Source of the DNA: a virus
Taxonomy: Duplodnaviria > Caudoviricetes
Direction: 5' to 3' (one strand)
IMG/VR virus record: IMGVR_UViG_3300021960_000289
Span: 1 to 33,139 of that record
DNA length: 33,139 nucleotides
Shown: positions 7,683 through 15,796 of the stretch, in pieces
Position numbering within the stretch: position 1 is the first letter of the stretch
Layout: each line of letters begins with the position of its first letter
Notes under the pieces: model-generated
Told to the model about the DNA's origin: nothing
Seen by the model: only the letters and a program-made list of their open reading frames with translations
Databases searched by the model: none
Position numbers and translations under genes: made by a program

Positions 7683-8381
7683 ATGACTACGACTTTTTAT
7701 TCACTCACGCTTAAAAGTACGAATAAGAAAACCGGGCCAATTCCCGTTTCAACGACTTCAGCTAATACTTGCCCTAACGATTGCCCTTTTAAGGGCAATG
7801 GATGTTATGCCGACGGATACCCTTTAAAAGGCCGTTGGGATGAGGTAACTCGCGGCGAGCGTGGCGGAAGATTGGAAGCATTTTGTGATCAAGTCGCGGA
7901 CTTGCCAGAAAATCAATTATGGCGTCACAACCAAGCGGGCGACCTTCCGGGCGATGGTGTTCATATTGACGTGACGGCAATGTCTAAGCTTGTCGCGGCG
8001 AATAAGGGCAAGCGCGGATTTACTTTTACGCACTATAACCCTAAACGCGGCCCCACTAACGCGGCTGTTATAGAAGCCGCTAACAAAGACGGGTTTGTTG
8101 TTAACTTATCGGCTAACAATCTAAATCATGCCGACGAACTAGCCGCGTTAGATATTGGCCCGGTTGCAACCGTATTGCCCGCCGATTTTAACGCGCGCAA
8201 AACTACGACGCCGCAAGGCCGTCGCGTCGCGCAGTGTCCCGCTACTTATAAGGACACAACTTGCGCGGAATGCGGATTGTGCGCCAAGCGTGACCGCAAG
8301 GTCATTGTTGGTTTCCCGGCGCATGGCAACAATAAACGCAAAGCATCCGCAATTGTCGAAAACATGGAGCACACACAATGA
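7683..8381 (+). CDS. Cys-rich early phage protein (GP88/DUF7227-like, possibly Fe-S binding)
   Basis: Probable start ATG 7683 with GGGAG RBS; motifs NKKTGPIP, TCPNDCPF..NGCYA, RHNQAGD, FTHY, NLSANN, CPA...CAECGLC, GFPAHG. Family assignment is from recall. Confidence 0.75.
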   Translation: MTTTFYSLTLKSTNKKTGPIPVSTTSANTCPNDCPFKGNGCYADGYPLKGRWDEVTRGERGGRLEAFCDQVADLPENQLWRHNQAGDLPGDGVHIDVTAMSKLVAANKGKRGFTFTHYNPKRGPTNAAVIEAANKDGFVVNLSANNLNHADELAALDIGPVATVLPADFNARKTTTPQGRRVAQCPATYKDTTCAECGLCAKRDRKVIVGFPAHGNNKRKASAIVENMEHTQ

Positions 8382-8509
8382 AACGCAATCCACTTATTTT
8401 TATCGCCGAGTTTCTCACCATCTTGGCGTTCTTTGCCGGGTGCTTTGCCATCATGGCGTTAGCGCCCGAAATAAACCAAACCATTATTGAGTTAAAAGGG
8501 GGCAATTAG
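8378..8509 (+). CDS. Small membrane protein (43 aa)
   Basis: Manual translation MKRNPLIFIAEFLTILAFFAGCFAIMALAPEINQTIIELKGGN; GGAG RBS; ATGA overlap with the upstream gene. Confidence 0.7.
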   Translation: MKRNPLIFIAEFLTILAFFAGCFAIMALAPEINQTIIELKGGN

Positions 8510-10377
8510 CCCCCTTCTTTTTGCGCTTCCTGCCCTTCCGGCGTAGGCCACACAAAGCCTTTATCTGTCACGACTAGGCCGCGCTTCTGTAGTGCATTAC
8601 GCGCTGCTGAGCGCGCCTGTGCCGTTTCGTCGGGCGCGTCACGCTTATGCGCATCGTGCCATACTGTAGAAAGTACCTTCTGAGCCTGTGCATCGATGAT
8701 AGTATTCGTTAAAATCCGCAATGCGTGGTATTGTGAAGGCGTGAGCCTAACCTTGGCCTTGCCCTCAACTTCGACACGCTCCAACACGATTGACGTTTCA
8801 CCTATAAGCGCGCGTTGGATCATACGAAAACGCAAGGGCTCTATTTGCTCGGCGTCTTTTTGCTTTTCAATTTCGCACGTTAGCAGGCCGTATTCTTGCG
8901 ATAGTTTTAAGACACTATCTGAGCCACCTAGTAGCGCGCTACTGCCCCTCATGCCGCGCGCCGAGTCCTTACCGGCGTGATGGATACCCAAAAGAGCGCC
9001 CCCGGTATGCTTCTTTATGGCGTCACACGCTGCAATGAATAGCCCCATGCTATCCGCGCTGTTTTCCTCGTGGCCTAGCAAGGCACGAGCTACCGTATCC
9101 ACTACCACGAGCGAAAAGTTTTCGCCTATCGCGTCGATAGTGCGTAGAAGGCGTTCTATGTCCCCGTCATTAGCGAAGGCGACGCTTGCGGGTAGGATAT
9201 ACAGTGGCGCATCATCACGCCATCCACGGGCGTATCTGAGGGCCTTCACGCGCTTACCTAAACCCGCTGCCCCTTCCCCCGCTATGTATAGAACCCGGCC
9301 TTGCGTCGTTGGTAGCCCGTGGAATGGAACACCGCGCGCAATACTCAGTGCTAAATCTAGCGCAAAAAACGTCTTTCCCACGCCCGGTGGAGCGTACAGG
9401 ATGCCTAATCCTTGCCGGGTCAATAGGTTTTCGACGGCCCAATCGACGGGCGGGAGAGCCATCAGATCGGAGAGGCTTAGAATCGGAAAAAGGCCATCGG
9501 GGGCCTTCAAATCGGGCTCTTCAGCTTCATAGATAGGGCTAGGGTCCGGAATGATTTCTTCGGCAATTTGAATTGGCGGTTCAATTATTTTCGGCGCGAC
9601 CTTCACTGCCTGTTTGAACGCGCTCAAATCCCTACCCATATTGAACCAATCCGCAACATCACCTTTTGGTGGTAGCCCTTGCAGTTCAACGCGCTTTATC
9701 TCAGCGGCTATACCCCATAACTTTTGGATCACTACATCCGCGTGACGTTTACCCGGCTCATCGTTGTCGGGCAGCACGATCACACGCCTACCTTCAAAGA
9801 ATTTATTCAGCGGATCGCGCCACTTGCCTGCGCCACCATGTGAAGTGGTGGCGACTAGGCCGTGTCGCGCTAGTGTATCAGCACACTTCTCGCCTTCGAC
9901 GATAAAGATTGGCGCTTCTGGATTCTTGATAATGTCGGGCAGGCGGTATGGTAGCGGTTCAATGCCGTCCATATTATAGACCCAACTCTCGCCCGCTGGC
10001 TGACGTTGGATGAAGCGTCGTGGCTCAAATCTGAGAACTTGATATCGTAGTTCTCCGTTGTCGTCGTAGTAATTATAGGCTTTGCTGAGATACTCTCTCG
10101 GACGTAGCTTCTCAGCTTGTTGCGACGAGATACCGAACTTACGTTGCAGGACTGATCCAATCCCGCCAAGCGTTGCACCTTCTTCTCGTTTAACAAGATC
10201 AATTACTCCACCGCCTTCGCCACCGTTCGTTTCAAAATCGTACCATGTGCCTTTGCGTACATCGACGGACTTACTGCCGTGTGTACCCCATCTCAGTTCG
10301 TGTCCTCGTTTTGCAGTTGGCTCACCCCAGTAGTGGGTAGCCACCTGTTGCATATACGCTCCGATATTTTCAGTCAT
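8506..10377 (-). CDS. Primase-helicase fusion (TOPRIM + RepA/AAA_25-type SF4 helicase)
   Basis: TOPRIM IFIVEGEKCAD...LPDNDEPG...KGDVADW; Walker A APPGVGKT; YIAGEG; VVDT; HHAGKD...RGSSAL. Confidence 0.92.
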   Translation of the reverse strand: MTENIGAYMQQVATHYWGEPTAKRGHELRWGTHGSKSVDVRKGTWYDFETNGGEGGGVIDLVKREEGATLGGIGSVLQRKFGISSQQAEKLRPREYLSKAYNYYDDNGELRYQVLRFEPRRFIQRQPAGESWVYNMDGIEPLPYRLPDIIKNPEAPIFIVEGEKCADTLARHGLVATTSHGGAGKWRDPLNKFFEGRRVIVLPDNDEPGKRHADVVIQKLWGIAAEIKRVELQGLPPKGDVADWFNMGRDLSAFKQAVKVAPKIIEPPIQIAEEIIPDPSPIYEAEEPDLKAPDGLFPILSLSDLMALPPVDWAVENLLTRQGLGILYAPPGVGKTFFALDLALSIARGVPFHGLPTTQGRVLYIAGEGAAGLGKRVKALRYARGWRDDAPLYILPASVAFANDGDIERLLRTIDAIGENFSLVVVDTVARALLGHEENSADSMGLFIAACDAIKKHTGGALLGIHHAGKDSARGMRGSSALLGGSDSVLKLSQEYGLLTCEIEKQKDAEQIEPLRFRMIQRALIGETSIVLERVEVEGKAKVRLTPSQYHALRILTNTIIDAQAQKVLSTVWHDAHKRDAPDETAQARSAARNALQKRGLVVTDKGFVWPTPEGQEAQKEGG

Positions 10378-10398
10378 GCTAAATCCCGTGTGCTAACG

Positions 10399-10432
10399 AA
10401 AAAATGGGCGGGTAGCATATTGCCACCCGCCC
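10399..10432 (-). terminator. Intrinsic terminator/attenuator between SSB and primase-helicase
   Basis: Minus strand GGGCGGGTGGCA-ATA-TGCTACCCGCCC-ATTTTTT. Confidence 0.75.
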
Positions 10433-10439
10433 GCGTTTG

Positions 10440-11051
10440 TCAAAATAAATCGTCTTCCTCCGCTGCTTCCTGCACCAGAGGTTTTGGTGCTGGCGCTGGT
10501 GATGATCCACCATCCAAACCTTCGGGACGATCAACCCATGACGCAATCTTCCAAGATGGAACGCGATAGGTAGACTTCGATCCATCAGGGGTAGTGATGG
10601 ATATCTTCTCAATCGACGTAATCGCAATTACTGGAACCTTACCTTCATTGGCTCCACGCTCCGCTTCAAACTGACTGTGCAGTTCATCCATCTTACGCAA
10701 GACGGTCTTGGCTGAGTGCGAGAACTCGCGCAACCCAAGGTCTTTATTATAGATGCGTAAACGGAAGGCGTTCTTGTGATCCGGGCTAGGACGGGCTGGC
10801 ATCTCGCCACCAATCTTAACCATGTGGAAGTCAGGCGCACCACCAGCGAAGGACAACCAACCGACCTCAATGTTATCGAAGTCAGCGACGAACTTGACAG
10901 GAATTTCCATGTCATTCTCGTCTCGTGTCCACGCACCACCTGCGTCTTGATACCGATCTACTCTGACCATCGCGCCGGACTTAGCGTCCCACTTAACGAT
11001 AGGCAGGATATCACCTGACGCTTTAGCTTCCGTTGCAAAACCTAATGCCAT
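10440..11051 (-). CDS. Putative single-stranded DNA-binding protein
   Basis: 203 aa, beta-rich, Pro/Ala linker and acidic aromatic-ended tail (EEDDLF); next to the primase-helicase. Confidence 0.65.
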   Translation of the reverse strand: MALGFATEAKASGDILPIVKWDAKSGAMVRVDRYQDAGGAWTRDENDMEIPVKFVADFDNIEVGWLSFAGGAPDFHMVKIGGEMPARPSPDHKNAFRLRIYNKDLGLREFSHSAKTVLRKMDELHSQFEAERGANEGKVPVIAITSIEKISITTPDGSKSTYRVPSWKIASWVDRPEGLDGGSSPAPAPKPLVQEAAEEDDLF

Positions 11052-11080
11052 TCTTTACTTTCCTTAACGTTGAATTACGC

Positions 11081-11491
11081 TCACACCATTGTGAACGCTT
11101 CGATTTGGAAGTGAGCGACAGGTTCAACATCATCTGAGTCTCCTCTGTCGTATCGACCTCCCATTCGTATCTCAAACGGTGATGCAAAATCGCACCAAAA
11201 TAATCCGTCGAGATACTGCACTAGCAGAATAGAGCGAGTACCGCTCACGTCTGCTAATTGCCTCGCAGCCAGTACCTTACCCAGCGATATCATCAGCGTT
11301 GGATAACGGTCGTGGCTATTGTTTCGTGCCTTTATCTCTGCCCAGCCCTTGAGCTTGCCATTCTTAAACATGGCAAAATCTAGGCGATAAGAAATGGGCA
11401 GCTTATGTAGCTGTATTCCTTTCCTCTCCATTTGTGCGGCGACCTTACGCTCGACAGTTAAGTCGGCTGGTCTTTCGTATCTTGGGCGCAC
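11081..11491 (-). CDS. PD-(D/E)xK-type nuclease
   Basis: YRLDFAM...WAEIKAR catalytic pattern. Confidence 0.75.
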   Translation of the reverse strand: MRPRYERPADLTVERKVAAQMERKGIQLHKLPISYRLDFAMFKNGKLKGWAEIKARNNSHDRYPTLMISLGKVLAARQLADVSGTRSILLVQYLDGLFWCDFASPFEIRMGGRYDRGDSDDVEPVAHFQIEAFTMV

Positions 11492-11895
11492 ATTAACTCT
11501 CTTGCTATGTAGCAGAAGGTTTCAAAATCCACCTCTGCTGTTTTAATCCATCCAATGTTTTCGGTTTTATCAAACATCAAACCGATGGTGCTTAAGGCTA
11601 GGACACAACGAATAGGTGCGCGATCATACTTATAGATAAGCACTGGCTGTAGATTAGCGCGTGACGCAGCAAAGCACGTCTGCCCCCACCACTCTGGCTT
11701 GTGTCCATTGCCACTCGCGTACCGCTTGCACTCGATAGCGAACGGCCATTCATCACACTCAATCGGGCGCAGATCACAGAGTTGTGATTGCCTGTACTGC
11801 TCAATGTCTCTTTGAAATTTTATTCCAATTTCATCGAACAACATACCAGCAATCTTGCGCTCAAACGCTGCACCTTTTTGCCTACCGTTAATCAC
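11458..11895 (-). CDS. Holliday junction resolvase-like (Hjc-type) nuclease
   Basis: RQKGAAFERKIA...DL...FAIECKR...WWGQ...PVLIYK. Confidence 0.85.
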   Translation of the reverse strand: MINGRQKGAAFERKIAGMLFDEIGIKFQRDIEQYRQSQLCDLRPIECDEWPFAIECKRYASGNGHKPEWWGQTCFAASRANLQPVLIYKYDRAPIRCVLALSTIGLMFDKTENIGWIKTAEVDFETFCYIARELMCAQDTKDQPT

Positions 11896-12089
11896 CGCTT
11901 CGCTGCGCTTATCATTCTGTCAACGCTGGTGCGGTTCTCTTCCTCTTGAAGTACCCGCGCCAATGCAGTGTAAATTATTTCATCAGCCAGCGCTGACATG
12001 CTGCGGTGCGCGCTCTTCTCTACTGCCTCGCGCAGCATATGATGCGTCTCAACTCTAAGTCGCAACATACATGGTTTGTATTCGCTCAT
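11892..12089 (-). CDS. Ribbon-helix-helix (Arc-like) transcriptional regulator
   Basis: Probable start ATG 12089; KPCMLRLRVETHHMLREAVEKSAHRSMSALADEIIYTAL fits the Arc strand-helix-helix pattern. Confidence 0.7.
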   Translation of the reverse strand: MSEYKPCMLRLRVETHHMLREAVEKSAHRSMSALADEIIYTALARVLQEEENRTSVDRMISAAKR

Positions 12090-12106
12090 AAAAATTTTCT
12101 TCCGTT

Positions 12107-12162
12107 TGCTATTGCGAACTATGCTTTCAATGTTATATAACACTGATAGCACATAAGTACAA
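12107..12162. promoter_or_regulatory. Overlapping divergent promoters
   Basis: Plus strand: TTGCGA-N16-TATATA with TG extension. Minus strand: TTGTAC-N17-TATATA with TG extension. Both -10 boxes fall on the palindrome TGTTATATAACA (12131-12142). Confidence 0.6.
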
Positions 12163-12174
12163 CGGGGATAAATA

Positions 12175-12825
12175 ATGTTTAGACATGACAAGTATGTTTT
12201 GTATCTGCGCGTATCGACAGACAAGCAAGGCCGTAGTCAGCTTGGCCTTGAGGCCCAGCAGACAATGGCCTCTCTGTATATGGATAAGGTGATAGCCACA
12301 TATACAGAGGTAGAAAGCGGTAAGATTGATGATCGCCCTGAGTTAGCGAAAGCATTAGCTCACTGCCAACGTGAGGACGCTGCAATCTTAATCGCCAAGC
12401 TCGATAGGTTGTCTCGTTCTGCTTCATTCTTATTCACGCTGCGTGATAGTGGTGTGGAAATTGAGGCCGCTGATATGCCGGGTATGGGTACATTAGAGTT
12501 TGGTATTCGTGCTGTATTCGCGCAGCATGAACGCGAAGAGATTAGCCGACGCACCAAGGCAGCACTCGCTGAGAAGAAAGCGCGTGGTGTTAAGCTCGGA
12601 TCACCTACACCCCATCGTGGTGGAGCTAAGACTGCTGCCACGATCAAAAATAAGATGCAGACAATTTGCACGAAGGCATTGCCTCTTGCTCAGAAACTGC
12701 GCGATCATGGCGAGAGCTATCGTGCTATCGCCTCAACCTTGAACGAAACTGGTGTACCTGCCTACGGAAAACAATGGCACGACACAGGCGTTCGTAACAT
12801 GCTGGAGAACTACAATGGTCGGTAA
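12175..12825 (+). CDS. Serine recombinase (resolvase catalytic domain + short Recombinase-type DNA-binding domain)
   Basis: YLRVSTDKQ (catalytic Ser), EVESG...RPEL, AKLDRLSR, AQHEREEISRRTKAAL; C-terminal GESYRAIASTLN...GKQWHDTGVRNML. Confidence 0.92.
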   Translation: MFRHDKYVLYLRVSTDKQGRSQLGLEAQQTMASLYMDKVIATYTEVESGKIDDRPELAKALAHCQREDAAILIAKLDRLSRSASFLFTLRDSGVEIEAADMPGMGTLEFGIRAVFAQHEREEISRRTKAALAEKKARGVKLGSPTPHRGGAKTAATIKNKMQTICTKALPLAQKLRDHGESYRAIASTLNETGVPAYGKQWHDTGVRNMLENYNGR

Positions 12826-13774
12826 ATTGACCCCTGACGATATCGCTACTGCGTCCACACTGCCCGCAATCATGGGCTTCTCCCGATACAAGACGCAGAA
12901 CGATGCACTCGCTGACGCTATCGCAGCGATGGAAGGAACCAAGGAAGACAGTTGGACAGGCAACGAAGCAACTCGGTGGGGTGATAGGCTTGAGCCTGTC
13001 ATCATCACTGAGGCAGCGCAACGATTGAACACAAGCAACCTATGTCTTGAGTTTCCGCAAGCGTTTTTCCATAACACACTGCCTCTTGCCTGTTCGTTGG
13101 ATGGTACAGCCGAAGGTAATGGACAAATCTCTACTGATTATGAAGCGGGTATCTACTGTATCAACCGTCCAGTAATAGACCTATCTGGTACTGGTATTAT
13201 TGAGTCCAAGCTGACGAGTGCTATGCCAGAAGATAGGCCACCACCCTTCCGTGGACCGTGGCAACTACAGGCGCAGATGATGTGTACTGGACACAAGTGG
13301 GGCTGTATCGCAACACTTTATCGTGGCATTGAGCTTCGATTGTTTCTCTATAGTGAAGACCTAGAGATGCAAGGCGTAATTGCTGAAGCGGTCATGGAGT
13401 TTGAGAAGCGTAAGAAGGAACGCGACTGGTATCCATCAGTCTCAAGTGAGGATGCTAATACTGCTTACTCTCGTGTTGATGATGGGCTGCCGGACATAGA
13501 CTTGAGCAAGTCAATGAACGGTGAGAAAGCTCTTGTTGATTTGGTTGAAGCAAAGGCTGCGAAGGCTGCGGCTGAAGCTAGGATTGATGACGCGGAAGCT
13601 ACAATAAAAGACATCATGGGTAGCCACGAAAACGCTGTGGGTCTGGTAGGTAATACTAAGTATGGTATAAAGTGGGGAATGCGGAACTACAAAGCGACGC
13701 CGGAGAAGATTACTCCAGCGAAGCCAGCACGTAGTGTTCGTTCATCCTCTCTAACTTTGAAGGCCATTGATTGA
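12815..13774 (+). CDS. YqaJ/lambda-exonuclease-like recombination nuclease
   Basis: Probable start ATG 12815 (GGAG RBS); TASTLPAIMGFSRY, WGDRLEP, ACSLDG, IIESK, QLQAQMMCTG. Confidence 0.88.
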   Translation: MVGKLTPDDIATASTLPAIMGFSRYKTQNDALADAIAAMEGTKEDSWTGNEATRWGDRLEPVIITEAAQRLNTSNLCLEFPQAFFHNTLPLACSLDGTAEGNGQISTDYEAGIYCINRPVIDLSGTGIIESKLTSAMPEDRPPPFRGPWQLQAQMMCTGHKWGCIATLYRGIELRLFLYSEDLEMQGVIAEAVMEFEKRKKERDWYPSVSSEDANTAYSRVDDGLPDIDLSKSMNGEKALVDLVEAKAAKAAAEARIDDAEATIKDIMGSHENAVGLVGNTKYGIKWGMRNYKATPEKITPAKPARSVRSSSLTLKAID

Positions 13775-13992
13775 TGGAAACTAGGTATCCCGGTACGAAG
13801 CTGCCAGACGTTATTAAATTGTATCAGGATGAGAAGGGCGATAGGACTACTGAAGTCTACCGCCTTGGTAATTCATTCGGTATCAGATACAGCGAAGGCG
13901 ATAAACATTGGAATGGTTTCTATGCCACTCGTCTTGATGACGTTGAAGCAATAGCCGAGGATTGGGTACTTAGAAAACCGATCAGGATTTAA
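13771..13992 (+). CDS. Hypothetical protein
   Basis: 73 aa, overlaps the YqaJ stop; ends AEDWVL. Confidence 0.7.
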   Translation: MMETRYPGTKLPDVIKLYQDEKGDRTTEVYRLGNSFGIRYSEGDKHWNGFYATRLDDVEAIAEDWVLRKPIRI

Positions 13993-14383
13993 GCGTTAAT
14001 CCAAGTGCTGTCTCCCAGCTATCCTCTTCGATAGTTGGGGACAGTATCTTCGATAAAGCCATGCGTCTGGTAAGTTGCTTGGAGATAATCTCAATTGGAA
14101 AGAAGGCGATCTTTCTCAAGTCTAACGCGACGCAAGCGACAATATCACAGTCGTCTATGGTCAGTGCTTTTTTCGGTAAGCTCTTGCTGACCTGCCATTG
14201 ATATCCGTGTTTATCATTTGTTTTCAATGTGGACTTCACTTGAATACGAACGATGTCTTGGTTTCTGACAGCGATAATGTCCATACCTTCGGCGTCGATG
14301 ATCGAAGGACTCCAACCAAAGGTGAATAGAACACTACAGGTTAGATGTTCTCCTGCGGTTCCAATGTGCTTGGCGCTAATCAA
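13982..14383 (-). CDS. PD-(D/E)xK endonuclease (restriction-like/homing-type)
   Basis: IGTAGEHL...DIIAV...RIQVKST...DIVACV; start uncertain (TTG 14383 after GAGG assumed). Confidence 0.75.
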   Translation of the reverse strand: MISAKHIGTAGEHLTCSVLFTFGWSPSIIDAEGMDIIAVRNQDIVRIQVKSTLKTNDKHGYQWQVSKSLPKKALTIDDCDIVACVALDLRKIAFFPIEIISKQLTRRMALSKILSPTIEEDSWETALGLTLKS

Positions 14384-14816
14384 GAGCCTCAAGCCGAGCC
14401 GCGTGACGTTCAGTTCTATTAGTAGTTTGCTTGTAAAGTTTACTATCCCGCAGTTGTGCTGCTGCTTCCTTCCAATCACTTGCCTCAATAGCTGCGTGAT
14501 GCTTGAGGAATTTCTGATATCGGCTTCGACCTAATTGAAATGCCAAGCTGATGATAGTGATCTGTGCATCCTCTGGCATGTTGTTTAGGTCAGGGTGTAG
14601 CCACTTCGCATCGTTGACCGCAACCTGCACGTCTTTCTTAAACACTTCATGCACACGTTCTTCTGATACAGGCGCACCAACAGGCCATCCATACTCAGGA
14701 TCGTCAGGCACAATCAAATGTCCTATCCCGTATGAGGGTTTAGACAAGTGGTCTAAATAGACGGCATACACGCAGCCTTCATCCTGCTCTAAAAGCTGCC
14801 GTAAACGGGTCATCAT
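14376..14816 (-). CDS. Endolysin, T4-type lysozyme (GH24)
   Basis: QDEGCVYAVYLDHLSKPSYGIGHL fits E-x8-D-x5-(T/S); LAFQLG...AAAQLRDSKLYKQTTNR. Confidence 0.9.
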   Translation of the reverse strand: MMTRLRQLLEQDEGCVYAVYLDHLSKPSYGIGHLIVPDDPEYGWPVGAPVSEERVHEVFKKDVQVAVNDAKWLHPDLNNMPEDAQITIISLAFQLGRSRYQKFLKHHAAIEASDWKEAAAQLRDSKLYKQTTNRTERHAARLEALD

Positions 14817-14953
14817 TTACCTTGGCCCCGGTAACGCTTCCAGTTCTTCCGCTTATGTTTATTAGCCGGACGAGAGCGAGGTGATTGACCTATGCTCGTC
14901 ATCTTCTGAACGGGTATCGGACGCCATACTTGGCCTACGGTAGATTTAGCCAT
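14813..14953 (-). CDS. Small basic protein (46 aa)
   Basis: Manual translation MAKSTVGQVWRPIPVQKMTSIGQSPRSRPANKHKRKNWKRYRGQGK; coupled at both ends. Confidence 0.7.
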   Translation of the reverse strand: MAKSTVGQVWRPIPVQKMTSIGQSPRSRPANKHKRKNWKRYRGQGK

Positions 14954-15348
14954 TATTTCACAACCTTCGTATCAGTCTTCTGTTTCTTGTCGTATGAACG
15001 CAAGCCAGAAATACCGAGCATACCAAACATGAGAGGCATCATTACAGACATATCCGCTTGCGGTATATCAATGCCAAAGCCAGCACAAATCGGACTGACC
15101 ATATAGTTTATGCCCAAAGATAGCCCACATATCCAGCCGATTAGGGGACGCCACGATGCTTGAAACCAGTTGCCTTTAGCATCAGCCTTCAGCACTTCGA
15201 TCTGAGCCATAATAACTTCGTGACTTTGACGCTCTGCAAGCGTGGCTATCTCGTGAGCTAATCGTGCCTTCTGATCTTTGTCCTCAATGACTTTATCAAG
15301 GATGCCAGTTACAGGACCAATCAGGCCACTTATTAAACTTCCAATCAT
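14953..15348 (-). CDS. Holin (3TM, GTA-holin-like)
   Basis: LIGPVTGILDKVIEDKDQKARLAHEI...WRPLIGWICG...MLGISGLRSYDK. Confidence 0.85.
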   Translation of the reverse strand: MIGSLISGLIGPVTGILDKVIEDKDQKARLAHEIATLAERQSHEVIMAQIEVLKADAKGNWFQASWRPLIGWICGLSLGINYMVSPICAGFGIDIPQADMSVMMPLMFGMLGISGLRSYDKKQKTDTKVVK

Positions 15349-15563
15349 TTCTTTTGCTGCCAACTAGTTGCACCGAAATAGACTGCGACGAGTCCAGACA
15401 AGGAATAGAAGATAGGAGCCATTTCAGAGCCACCGTATTTCTTTGGATCGATCAAGAAACAAATAACCACTGCAAGCATCATACCGATTGCGACCCAGCA
15501 CATCCGACGACGATTGACTTGATAAGCACGTTTATCGGGGACGTTATCAACAGCATCAGTCAT
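15345..15563 (-). CDS. Two-TM membrane protein (lysis accessory)
   Basis: RRRMCWVAIGMMLAVVICFLI...IFYSLSGLVAVYFGA. Confidence 0.75.
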   Translation of the reverse strand: MTDAVDNVPDKRAYQVNRRRMCWVAIGMMLAVVICFLIDPKKYGGSEMAPIFYSLSGLVAVYFGATSWQQKK

Positions 15564-15796
15564 TTCTTAACTCCATCCAATAACCGTCTGATATTCCACG
15601 TTCCGTCTGGACCTTGCGTCATTTCAACCTTCATGCGCTGACAGACCCAGCGATCCTCAAAACCATGCGCCTGACCATTATAGCGCTTGATCTTACGTTT
15701 AACAGCAAGGCAATCAGAAAGGTTTTCATGGTGCTTAAACCCCTCCAATTCACCACCAGAGAATAGCAAAAGAACGAAAGACATGGCGGTTATCAA
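15560..15796 (-). CDS. Hypothetical protein with hydrophobic N-terminus
   Basis: 78 aa, overlaps both neighbours; LSDCLAVKRKI...WVC. Confidence 0.7.
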   Translation of the reverse strand: MITAMSFVLLLFSGGELEGFKHHENLSDCLAVKRKIKRYNGQAHGFEDRWVCQRMKVEMTQGPDGTWNIRRLLDGVKK

